This document shows, in pieces, positions 28,430 to 40,161 of a DNA stretch of 64,000 nt. Origin of the DNA: Gnetum montanum (Eukaryota > Plantae > Gnetophyta). Both the position numbers and the translations under genes were made by a program. A model generated the notes under the pieces. That model was not told the origin of the DNA, made no database searches, and worked only from the letters and a program-made list of their open reading frames with translations. Location: contig MNCI01003306.1 in the NCBI GenBank assembly GCA_015680685.1, positions 828,669 to 892,668 on the forward strand, written 5' to 3'. Each line of letters opens with the position of its first letter. Position 1 is the first letter of the stretch.

Positions 28430-28855
28430 CATCCACTACAATGTAAAACTAGTAAAGATTGTCTGCTATGATGTAAAACTGGAAAAGATAGTCCTCTATG
28501 ACTATAAACTAGCATAGAACATCTGCTATAATGTAAAACTAGCACAGAACATCCGCTATGACGTTAAACTGGCACAACACATCTTTGGGCCATGACATAA
28601 AACTGGCACTCATAGTACAGTCTGCTATGACCTTAAACTGGTCATCCACCATCTGCTACGATGATAAACTGGCACAGTGGTCTGCTAGGACCTTAAACTG
28701 GCACATCGATTTGCTGCAACCTTAAACTGGCCCATCCACTATCCGCTACGATGTTAAAATAGCATAATAGTCTGCTAGGACCTTAAACTAGCACATTATG
28801 GTCTGCTAGGACCTTAAACTAGCACATCTAACAATCTACCAAGACCTTAAACTGG
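28430..28855 (+). repeat. 3' UTR tandem array of B (about 14 units of ~30 bp)
   Basis: Core TCYGCTAYGAYNTWAAACTRGCA separated by variable 6-10 nt linkers. Confidence 0.9.
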
Positions 28856-30209
28856 GTTTGCACTTCAATGCTGACCAGCACAACATCCATGACCCTACAA
28901 ACAAGCGAGCATGCATAATGCCAACTTTCTAGACAACACGGGATGGGATGTTGTAGTTCTAGAATGCAGTTCACATTGCTAAGGAAACACCATCTAGAAC
29001 ACATGCAACATCACTGCCCCTGGCATCTTGTTGATCTTTCGAAGATGTCATATGACATCTTGCTGACCTTCCGAAGCTACCGCTACCATAGCCACTCATC
29101 TTAATGGTAGCTCTTGCCGTTAGCACCTGCTGCTAGAGGCCTAGCACTATTATGGTCCACCCACAAGATTTCCATCCTCTAGCCCTTGCCATCATCTGAG
29201 TCCAAGAGCCATTTAGCTATTAGGCCTCTTACCTTGCAGCTGGACTGCATGATATTTTCCTTGGATGAGGAATCCTGAGTACTTGGATTGCCATCGATCT
29301 TAGCCTCTTCAGTGCCAACCTCTCCAGTCTGCTGGTGCTAGAATCCTTGTTGGCCTTCCTACTTTGGACATCACACACCTCAACAACAATGCTTGCTACT
29401 TCAGTAGTGTCTAAAGCAAGCGGGACTTTGCTCTTACTTCATTTCATGGTTACATTTTCCTAGTTTTCTCTTTGTTACATTTGCAAGATATAGGCTAAGG
29501 TGGTGCCATTTAGAGATGCATTTTGCCAGGAGAACAGGATGCTACATAGTTTCAAAGTGATCGCTTAGACTAGCTTGGATACTTAGGAGTGCACATCCCT
29601 CCCTCCCTCTTAACCCTCTTGACCTCATTTCTCATACTTATGGTTTCTCACATCTCTTTTACAAGCTTTCCCAATGCATATAAAGCCCTCCCACATGCCC
29701 AATCGTTGAGTTCATGATGCGTGTAATGCAACTCACTGCATGAGAAGCATTTATAGGCAGGTCAAAGCCCTACATGGATGTAACACAACTCATCTCGGGG
29801 AGGAAACACCTGTCCTACAACAACAAGGTTGTTTGTAAGTGAACATGGCTAAACAACAAAAGAAAAGCACAAAAGTGTAAAAGAGTAGAAAAGCTTAAAA
29901 AAGAAAAAAAAATGACCATCTCTAAGAACTTTGAGGAGAGTTCAAAAAGGCCAAAAAAGAAGGATGCTCATGCGTGCTGACTCCCTCACAAGCACTCCAA
30001 TGAGGGACCTTGCTATGTCACATCTTTTCCTTTCCCGGACCTATCCACTCAAGTCCATCCTTTCCCCCTTTCCCTACATGACTATATTAATACTCCTAAG
30101 TGTAACAAAGTAACATTTGAGTTACCACTGGAAAGAAATTTTAGTGTTTTATTTTTCATGGTGTTTCATATTCTTTGTTGATGTCTCTCTGGCAGGTCCT
30201 CTAAATGTC

Positions 30210-30224
30210 AACAAAGAGGGGCCA
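30210..30224 (+). promoter_or_regulatory. Polypurine tract of B
   Basis: AACAAAGAGGGGCCA immediately before 3' LTR. Confidence 0.8.
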
Positions 30225-30225
30225 T

Positions 30226-32346
30226 TAAAACACCATAAAATTTTAGGACCATGATGCCTCAGTAGAGTCTTGAAATTCAAGCAAAGACTTCCACAAGTGT
30301 AGGATCATGATGGACTGTCTGGACAACGTAGGCACTGAGGGTAGACTCCACAATCCGGCAAGTTTTCTATTGCCTAGGCTAACAGGCCTGCTAGACTCTC
30401 CAGCCTGCCTAATTAGATAATTGACCCAGCTAACAGTCTACCCAAGGACCATGTTAGGAGTTGTCGAAAGTGTTCAAGATGAGCTAAATAGTTCAAAAAG
30501 TTTTCTAATAGAGAAATCTGCTATGCTACACTACATTGTGCAGTTTAGCAAGCCTTAATGAGACCAATCAGATGTCCAAGATGCAAATTGATAACAAGCC
30601 AGTCTTATAGAGCATCTACCCTGTTTCATCCCTAAAGCGTGAGTGATATGGCACAATAAATTTTGTCAAGCATTATCTCAATCTGAGTGCTACACTATGC
30701 TATGCTACACAACGTAGCACAGCGTACTAGGGATATACTTCGACAACACTCCTACTTGGATAGCTCTGATGGAGTAAAAGCACTTGCCCCTGCTTCAATA
30801 ATCAAACAAGCTTGCTATGTTGACACACCAAGACATGAAAAACATCCTATGAAAAAATGTTTGCAAAAATGAGTCAGGATTTGACCAACACTAGGTGCTA
30901 CGCTGTGCTATGGTATGCAACGTGGTAAGGACAAAACACACAAAGGTCCCTTTGCCAAGTGATTGCAGTAAGAGAATCACACTTGGCAACACTTCAGCCT
31001 TCAAAACTGCTTGTCCCACTTAGCCCTCACACCTCAAGAAAAGTTTCCTGATAAAACATTGTAGATTAAACAAGGATGCATGTCACATTGGTTACTATGT
31101 TGTGCTATGTTGCATAGCGTAGCGAGGATACAAAATAACAAAATGCCCCAAGGATGAAGTCAGTAGGTCTGAAGGCTTTCTAGCATGGAAGACAAAGTTG
31201 TAGTTGCTTGCCTGACCAAGCCTTAAAAAAATGCTCTTGACTTCTAGGTAAGACTCCTTTCAAGACTAGCGGCTATGCTATGTTATGCTACATAGCCTAG
31301 CACAGCGTAGTGTGTAGTTACTTACACTATGCCAACACGATGGATAGCGTAAGTAATGTAACACTTACATGGAGGCATCAAGATGTTTTTAGTTAGCTCT
31401 AAAACTTGTTGGCAATGATCATTCTCACCCTGGCGTCTCTTCGGTGAACAAAATCAGTAAGCTTGCTTCATTTTGCAGACCCCTGGTCAATCCCCAAAAT
31501 TGTCCCTACACTTGACCCTGCTCGCAAGAGTAGGGAAGACGTAGTCCTAGAGCATAGGCTCCATTTTGCTTTCATTGTTGGTATGCTTTTTGGATTTTGG
31601 CACATGCAGTTTCATGAATATGGTCACATCGTAACAGGGTTCACATCCAACATCACACAGCTACATAGCACAGTTATGCTTGCGCCTTGTGGGACTCAGG
31701 ACATGTGGCATCCAGACCATGTTTTTCTCCTGCTCTTGGCCCTATAAATACCTCAGCAAACAATGTTCAAAGGGTTGGCTTTTTGGGTTGGCTTTTGGAG
31801 AGCATAGTTGGCATTTTTAGCATTTTGGTTAGCTTTGAGCATTCTAGTTAACTCCAGACATCCTTTTGCTGGTCTAGCATTTTGGCACTTTGGTGAGAAG
31901 ATTAGCAAGTAGAAGAATCTCGAGTAGAAAGCTATTGGCTATAGTTTAGGGACCTATGACCATACTGCTCTGTTGTAGGCTATGCCACTCCAATGTTGCA
32001 TATTTAGTTGTACACTTTCCAATAGAACAAAGATCAGATTTTCCATCTTGGTGTGGTGCATTTTCTCACCCAAGTCTCTTTTATCCTTTGTTTACTATCA
32101 TTCTATTTTGCGTTGTTTTTATCGTCTTGCATTTGTTGATCGTCGCTTCACTTGCATACGTCGCTTCTAAAACAAACGTTTACGAAAGGTTAAGTTACAC
32201 CTATTAAGTCCCTATCTGATCGACCAAACTGGTCTGGGCACCCTGTTTCCATTTTTCTCTAGCATGGCCCTCACACGGATTCGGGGTTAAACTATACACC
32301 CGACAACCTCTTGGTGTTCCAACCACTAACGTTTTCAGTCGCTACA
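30226..32346 (+). repeat. 3' LTR of B
   Basis: Aligns end to end with the 5' LTR; first TG mutated to TA; ends GCTACA. Confidence 0.95.
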
Positions 32347-33632
32347 GTTTTCCTTTCCTATGTCAACTGGGGCTTTTCTATTATTTATTAAACTCTTATT
32401 TGAACTTTTATATTTATCATGAATTTGATCAAGAAGATAATTCATTGTAAGCCATTATTGCTATATTGTCTAGAAATATGTGATCTTTTATTTAACTGAG
32501 AGTTTTATCTCTCACATAATAATTGCATTTACTCATTGATTATTTCTTCCTCTCTTATGGTGATCCAATCTCTTGGCATTCAACTTCATGTGTTGCAAAT
32601 GAACTTTGTTGTCATTCAACTTCTAAAGGTAGAGTAACGAGTCTAGGCTTTATTTCTCTGTACCTTTTCAACAATCTAATTATTGTTTCATTATTACTAA
32701 ATTTTTCATCCTTGTTTTCAAAGTTCTCAATGAATCTTACCTTTTTATTGATCTCTTGTAGCCATTTTAACCTTTTTTTTCCAATTGAATGATATGTCTT
32801 AGAGGTTAAGGAGGCATCTTTCCTGAAGTACTGAGAGTTGCAGAGAAATGTCTTTCTAGCTGAGAAGATGTCTGCCAAGTAGGATAATACATCTATTTAT
32901 GTATATGATTGGTTTGTGATTGTTGGTGCCTTTGGTATCCTTGGGGTAATCTTGTAGTCTTACTGGAGACATCTATCCTATACGATATACATAATGCAAT
33001 AGACATCTACTTCTAAGCCAAGACGTCTATCTTGCTAGGGCTATTTGGAAAGCCATCCAAACTAAAGACCAAAGCCTCATTATGTGCTTAAATTGGACCC
33101 CTTTGATCCTATAACACCTTTAACTCATCAAAGCACATCCAAATACATCCAAGATCAAGTAAAACACATCATTTTGTTGTCAACTTGTGGTTGTTATTTT
33201 CTTATTTGTTTCATGCTATTCTTTGAGTCATTTTTTATCTTCAATGTCTCATACCAATCTCTTGATGGTGCACTTCAATAAGATCAATTGATAGACATTG
33301 AGGGAAGTCTAGATTGACATCTAGAATTTGATCCACATTGCCTATGATCATCCCCAAGTAGCCAAATCTAAGTATTAATGGGTAGGCATTATGAAGGATA
33401 GGGTTGGCTTCCTTACTAGATCCATGTCACCTATGATTGCACTTATATTATGACATTGGACAAGCATTATGGGAAAACTATTTATCTAATCAGTGTCTAT
33501 TCACATCACTTGTGAATTTCATGTGGCTAGTTTTCTAAATGCAAAACTAAATGGTAGTTAATCAAGATGTTTTTCTTACTAGGCTTAGTCCATCCAAGAT
33601 TAAGTGAAATTGGTCAACTAGTTCTTGAGGAG

Positions 33633-35512
33633 TGAAACACCACCAATTTTGGGCTCCTACAATTCAATGACAAATTTGTCCAACTGTCAAAAACTTGGGC
33701 AAAATTTTTCTAAGTCTGGTGTCATGCTCTGTAGCGTAGACAGCATAGCATACCTTAAGTCCTATTTTTTGCAAAATTCTTCTAAGTCTACCTACTATGC
33801 TTCCCAACACAACCAGCGTAGTGCACACTTCCATGGCCAATCTACACAAATGTCAAGCTAGAAGCGGTCAAGGGTTGCTTAGGATGGACCAAATAGTTCA
33901 GCAAATTTTCTATCTCCCAGACTATCAAGCTCGTTACACTCTCCAGCATACCCAGCTTGACACATGTCCCAGTTGCCAGTTCACCCAAGTACTAGGCTAG
34001 AGTCAGTCAAAAGTGCTTAGGATGGAAAAGAATAGTTCAACAAATTTTCTACCTCTCAAGCTATCACGCTCTGTTACGCTGCATAATGTAGCAAGCTTGA
34101 CACATGTTTTAGGGCCCAATTTTGCCTAAGTGTTGGACAAGGATTTGTCAAGCTAGCTTGACATGGAAGATGCATTTGGCACATTTTCTAACTTTTGAGG
34201 CTACTTGTCTTGATACACCTCAGAGCGTGGTCTATGTTCCATGAAGAAACATTATAAATTTTGTCAAAATTTGTTAAAGTATTCATGCTATGCTCTACTA
34301 TGCTATGCAACATAGACAGTGTGATGGGTGTGGCATGTTAAAATCTGCAAAATTTCACTAAGTGTTCTTGCTATGCTTTGCTACACTATGCAGCGTAGCC
34401 AACTTAACACATGGAAAATGCCTTTGAAAGCCTCCAAAAGCCTCCAAAACTTGGCATTGACCTTCATTTCAGCTCTAACATCTTTCTAGTGGCCAAAATC
34501 AACAATTTGCATTTTTATTGCACCCCCCATTAATCCTAAAAATTCTCCCTATGCTTGACCCTACTCAGAAGAGGGGGAAGACATAGTCCCAAAGTGTAGT
34601 CTCCAAGTTGCATTTGTTTTGAAATTGTTTGTAGGTACATGGCAATCTCTTAGACTCTGGCACATGCAGTTTGGGTGATGTGGTCATAGTTTGGCAATCT
34701 CTGGGTACCTATTCGTGTCTTGTAGAGTGTAACACTTTATTACAAAGAGCATAACATGTCAGTGTGATCCATCTAGACTTGTGCTAAGTGGCACCTAATC
34801 CACATTTCATACCAAACCTAGCCCTATAAATACCCTAACATTTAGCATTTAAAAGGTTGGAAAATCATAAGAGCATTAAGCATTTGAGCATTCCCAACAT
34901 CTCCACTACTCCCACACCTGAGCACCTGAGCTTGGCACCTTGGCAAATACTGCAATGTAGTATTCCCTTGCACCCATAGAGCATGGCAATGGCCAACCTA
35001 ATAGGTTCAACCTCCCTTGCAACTACTAGCACTACATCCCTAATGTCCCAAAGAGTATGACTGCACTGCTACATTGCCATATGCCTGTATGACACCACGC
35101 ATCATCTTCACATCTTGTTCAAGAAAAAGTGATGCTCCCTAGTTTTGGGGTGATGCATTTCTCCATCCTCAACTCCTATTCAATTTTCTTTCTTAGCATT
35201 TGTTTCAAATTTTTAGCATAACTCTTGCATTTTTTCTACTATCAATATGCATCTGCATATTTACGTTACTATTTTTAGGCCAAGACTCTACACTACACTC
35301 TTGCTTGTTGTCCCAGATCCTATGAGTAACACTCTATAAACTCCTCTTACAAATGATTATTTTTAGATCACATAAGTCCTTGTTTAATCCACCAAACCGT
35401 TCAAGGCACCTCGTTTCCATTTTCCCAGCATGACCCTCACATGGATTCGGCATTAGGCTATATGCCCATAGACCTCTCAGTGTTCCAGCCACTGATGTTT
35501 TTGGAAATCATA
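33633..35512 (+). repeat. 5' LTR of C
   Basis: TGAAACACC start, CCTATAAATACC near 34823, U5 similar to B, PBS follows. Confidence 0.85.
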
Positions 35513-35517
35513 GTTTT

Positions 35518-35534
35518 TGGTGCTAGAAGGAGGG
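35518..35534 (+). promoter_or_regulatory. PBS (tRNA-Asn)
   Basis: TGGTGCTAGAAGGAGGG. Confidence 0.8.
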
Positions 35535-35962
35535 CCTTTCATTCCTTCTATGTGCAATAGGTAGTCCCACGTGCTTTTTGCACCCTTATCACTAGTAGCA
35601 AGCTAGCGTAGATGTAACATCCCTATGGACCTACCATGGTAGTAGCTAGATCATAGGCTAGTGTAGGAGTTGTCTACATTCCAGTTGGTGTAGATTGATC
35701 CCAGTTGACGGTTCCCCTAGAACCCTGTAGGATGGAAAGCCTAGACTATGTCCATCACATCAAGCTCTAAGTGTTCTATAGAGCATGACAACCCAATGAG
35801 TGTAATAGTCCCTTAGAGCATGAAGAGCATAACGCCAAAGATACTTGGTCATTTTTGGATTTTTTTATAGTTTTCATGCTTAGCCATTTTATTTCAAATT
35901 TTTTTGCACTTAGACATTTTTTACAAGCATCTTCTTTTTTCATGTCTTTCCTATGCAACAAA

Positions 35963-38900
35963 ATGAACCCTATTAACACCTCAGCTGCTACCTTGAACTT
36001 GGAGGTGGCTCACCTCATTCAACATGTGGAAGACATTGAGTAATTACCTAGCCCGGTGTGACCACAACAATAATATCTTAGACTGTGATACTAATCTCTT
36101 GAACATAGGGTGCTCGATGATGAATGATACAACTTCCTATGTGCAAAGCTTCAAGTGGTCCTGTCATTGGACTACCAAGAAATGAAATCAAAGCATAGTT
36201 TTGAAATTATCCACCAAAATGGGAGGGAGTTCTTTCCCACCCTTGATGCGATCATACCGCTCATTGAAAACTTCAAGTGGATCTTGGACCAACTCGTTAG
36301 GGTGAGCAGGCCAAGAGAGCAGGGCATGACATCAAATTATAATGAACCCCTGCAGGATGGGCAAGAGGAGTTTGAATCCTGCTATGATAATGGTGCCCTA
36401 TTCTACATCTTAGTCCAACATACTCCTCCCATTTTCATGCTGCACTAGTCACAGTCCTCTGCCTTCTTTGAGGTAGCCATGATGCTTCCATAGCCCAAAT
36501 CTTTGCCAGTGGTAGCTAGCCACCAAGTCCTACCTACACAAAAGAGCATAGGACCTTCTACCTCCTTTTCCTTCGCCATTTCTTTGCAATCTATTTAGCC
36601 TTCATAGCCAGCATCTGTGACGCCAACACTGTCGTATGTGCACACCATGCCCATATCACAGTCACACATAAGTCACATTCCTATTATCCCAACCATCTCA
36701 GTCCTACCACCAAAAATAGCCCTGACCTCAACTGTGTGGTGGGTTGCAACATCTGTACCCATTGTACAACTGTAACACATGTCATAGTACATGTAGCAAA
36801 AAATGTACCAAGCATCACATGTGGTGGCACAACCCACAACAGGGCTATGGGCTGCTCTGACAGCACTACCTATGGCATAACTGATGCAACCCTCTACAAC
36901 ATCTCCATGTCTAGACCAAGCATTCCAACTTATCCAAACTTTCACAGAGGAGGTCAGGAGACTTAAAGCAGCCAACTTGAAAATGGTCCATGTAATGGAC
37001 TTCTACCAAGATGATCCCATTAGCCATGTGATTCCTCCGCTAACACTACCTTCTGGGCTCCAACTTCCCCAATTCAAAAAATACAATAGTGAAGGTAACC
37101 CCAATGCTCACTTAGTGACTTTCCGTTCTGAGTGCTTATTATTGCAAACATGGCCACATGTGATCATATGCATTTTTACCATGTCTCTAACTGGCAAAGC
37201 TCTAGATTGGTATCGTGCACTTCCTAGAGCTTCCATCTCAACTCTAAAGGAGCTTCTAAGCCAGTTTGTAACTTGCTTCAAGTACAAATTGAAGCCTAAG
37301 TCCACATTAGATCAATTGATGAATGTTAAACAAGGAGCACTGGAACCAGTGTAAAAATTCATACAACATTGGGGTGCCTCCCTTAATGAGATCCATGAGC
37401 CAATAGCTGAAGCCCACTTGCTAGCCATTTTCAAGGGTGTAGTAAATGATTTCATCAAATTGAAGCTATACTATTTATCCCCGCACTTTGTTAGCCAAGC
37501 TTTTGCTCAGACAAAGAGCATATTAGATGCAATGGAAGCCAGTAGGGACCTAGCTTACGTGGCCTACAAAATTGCACATGCAAAGAAAAGGGAAAGGTCA
37601 CAACAACCATGGTAGCTATGGTTGATGAAGCCAAACCCAACAACAACAAGTAGCCAAGGCACCTAAAGCCCCCTCCAACAACAACAAAGCATCAAGTGCT
37701 GGCAACGTGGGAACCAACCAACTTACATCATCAACTTTGAATGCAAGGATCATTCAAAGTACACCCCTTTGCCAATCAAGCTATTAGAGGTTTTGATTAA
37801 TTACTCAATGCTAGGTGTATTCAGCACAAAAAAATGTCAAAGGATGCATGCAAATGTCATGAGAGGTATTGTGAGATCCTCTAAAACCCTTCTACAGCTA
37901 TGCCGAATGAGCCTTTGATACCTAAGAATTTTAGACTAGATTGGTTCTAAAAATACTATCAGCTGCATGGCCACAACATTAATTACTTCCTAGCAGTGAA
38001 GGATGACATTCAATGCATGATTGATCAAGGCAAGCTAGTCTGAGATGAAAGTAATCCTATCAGGCTAAAGAACCAGTCCATGAAAGTCTATAGGGACCCA
38101 CTAAATGCTAGTGGTGTAGGTTATATTATTAATGTTATTAGCATTGTTGATGATGTAGAGCCAACACATGAACTATTTGTGATTCGTGTGCCCTCTAGTA
38201 ACATTGGGACCTCAACATCAACTAGGCCACAAACCTCCTTTGTCATCAAGGCACCACCTTGTGTGTCCATGACACCCTTGATGTTAGGGCCTTGTAGCAC
38301 ATTGTGGCAATGGCAGCCCAAAAACCTTTTTTCATTAGGATGCCAAAGCATGTGGACCCCCCATGTGCTTGGGGTCTAGTAGTGGGGACTACATCACAAC
38401 CTGCCCACCCAAGGAGACATGATGACACACATAGTTGACAAGATGACTAGGGAATGCATGAAGCTAAGTCCTCCTAAACCCACTCCCTTGTTACCCATCC
38501 CTATGACCTCATCATCTTAGGCCACCAATGTCAAAATAGATTGCTAATAGACAAGCACCAAGGTATGAAGGCCATCGCCTAACCAAAAACCAAGTCTCCT
38601 CCTTGAGAAATCTATCTCCTAGGATGCATGGAGGAGATAAAGACCACCAAACAAGCTAACAATAGAAAATATTTTCTAGATGCACTTGCATAGGTCAAAT
38701 AGGCTCTAAAATAAAAAAATAAAACATTGAGCTTGTACGATTTAATCATGACCTCCCCTACTCATTACAAAGCCTTGGTTCTTATGTTGGCATCCATTTT
38801 TGTTAAGGAAGACATGTTGGTAGATGAAAAGGCTATCCATGCCATAATGCTTCCACCTGCAACCAAAGAGCCAAGGTCAACACCCTTGATCTTTTGTGAT

Positions 38901-39570
38901 GAAGGAATCAAAGCTGACCCTGAAAAGGGTCAAGTAACCATTGCACCTATGTTCATAATGATTTGTGTGGGTCAATACAAGATTTTTAAGGTGCACGTAG
39001 ATGATGGGACAACAACCAATGTTATTCCATTCCCTGTCATTAACAAACTTGGCTTGGTGGATCAAATCAAGCCAACAACAACGACATGCTTGAAATCCTT
39101 TAACGAAGCACGTATGGTTGTCAAGGGGATAGTCACCATTGATTTTGTGATAGGGGAGTAATTCTCCACTAATGCTAAATTCATTGTGGTTGAAGAGATC
39201 CCTGGATTCAACCTAATCTTAGGAAGGTCCTGGTTAGCCCAACTATGGATTGTTTCTTTAGTAATCCACCAAGAGATCCACTTACCTTACGAGAGTGGGG
39301 AAGTGGTGATCTTTGATGACAAGGTAGCTCCTCTAACCATCAACAATGTAGACATCAAACAAAGGTTGGAGGTAGAAATTTTTGAAGACACACCACCGAT
39401 TTGCAATGAAAGTTGATGTTGTCTGACCAATGTCAAGTAACCAAGTAAGACGAGCGACCTCCATGAGGAAGCTCTATGGGTGGAATTACCCTTTTCTATT
39501 AGCAAAAGAGGGCCTAGGGGAGTACTATCTAATGCTCACCAGGCCTTATGTACTACTTAACCCACATCAG
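35963..39570 (+). pseudogene. gag-protease of C
   Basis: KKYNSEGNPNAHLVTFRSEC...GKALDWY; protease VHVDDGTTTNVIP...NLILGRSWL. Confidence 0.9.
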
Positions 39571-39759
39571 GTTAGGAAGCATCTACACGACTAGGGCATG
39601 TCCCTAATTTGCTTGCTCGTCCAACTTGTCTCTTGTCCCTTTTGTTTATATAGTTACAGTTTGTGTTATTATTTGCATCTTGCATTAGTTACAATTTAAT
39701 TTAGCTTTCTTTCTCCCAAAAAAAAGAAGAAAAAAAAGAAAAATTCAAAAAGAAAAAAG

Positions 39760-39935
39760 AGGCCCAAAAGGCCTTAAACTAACACGCGGCCCGGAAAGGC
39801 CATAAACTATCACATGGCCCACCAAGGCCTTAAACTGGCAACCAACTTCCTTTCACGCAATGGCCTAAAATGGCCTTAAAATAGCAATTACCCTATCACC
39901 ATGGTCTTAAACTGGCATGGGGCCCACAAGAGGCC
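39760..39935 (+). repeat. Post-protease tandem array of C
   Basis: GGCCY..AAGGCCTTAAACTRGC units. Confidence 0.75.
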
Positions 39936-40161
39936 TAATTACATCAACTAAATCATAAGTAAAAATCATAACAATATTAACTAAATTACAAGTTAAAATG
40001 ATAAAATGAGAAGCAAATAAATGTCATATCTTCCATTAAATCATTAATAAAATACATAGTCCAAAATTACGTTAACAACATGAAATATCCAAAAACACAC
40101 AAAATTGCCTAATAGTAGGGCTACATATTAAGTATTTCGGTTTGCATTGTGCAATGGAAAG

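Larger units (their letters stand above)
13594..32346 (+). mobile_element. Full-length (18.75 kb) Tat/Ogre-like LTR retrotransposon copy B
   Basis: Two LTRs of about 2.1 kb, PBS, gag-PR, antisense gene, RT-RH-aRH-INT, 3' UTR array, PPT; TSD imperfect (TATTT vs GTTTT). Confidence 0.95.

Noticed and set aside
28430-28855. CRISPR-like repeat-spacer appearance of the 3' UTR arrays
   Set aside because: Linkers are only 6-10 nt and recur, repeats are degenerate, there are no cas genes, and the context is a eukaryotic retrotransposon
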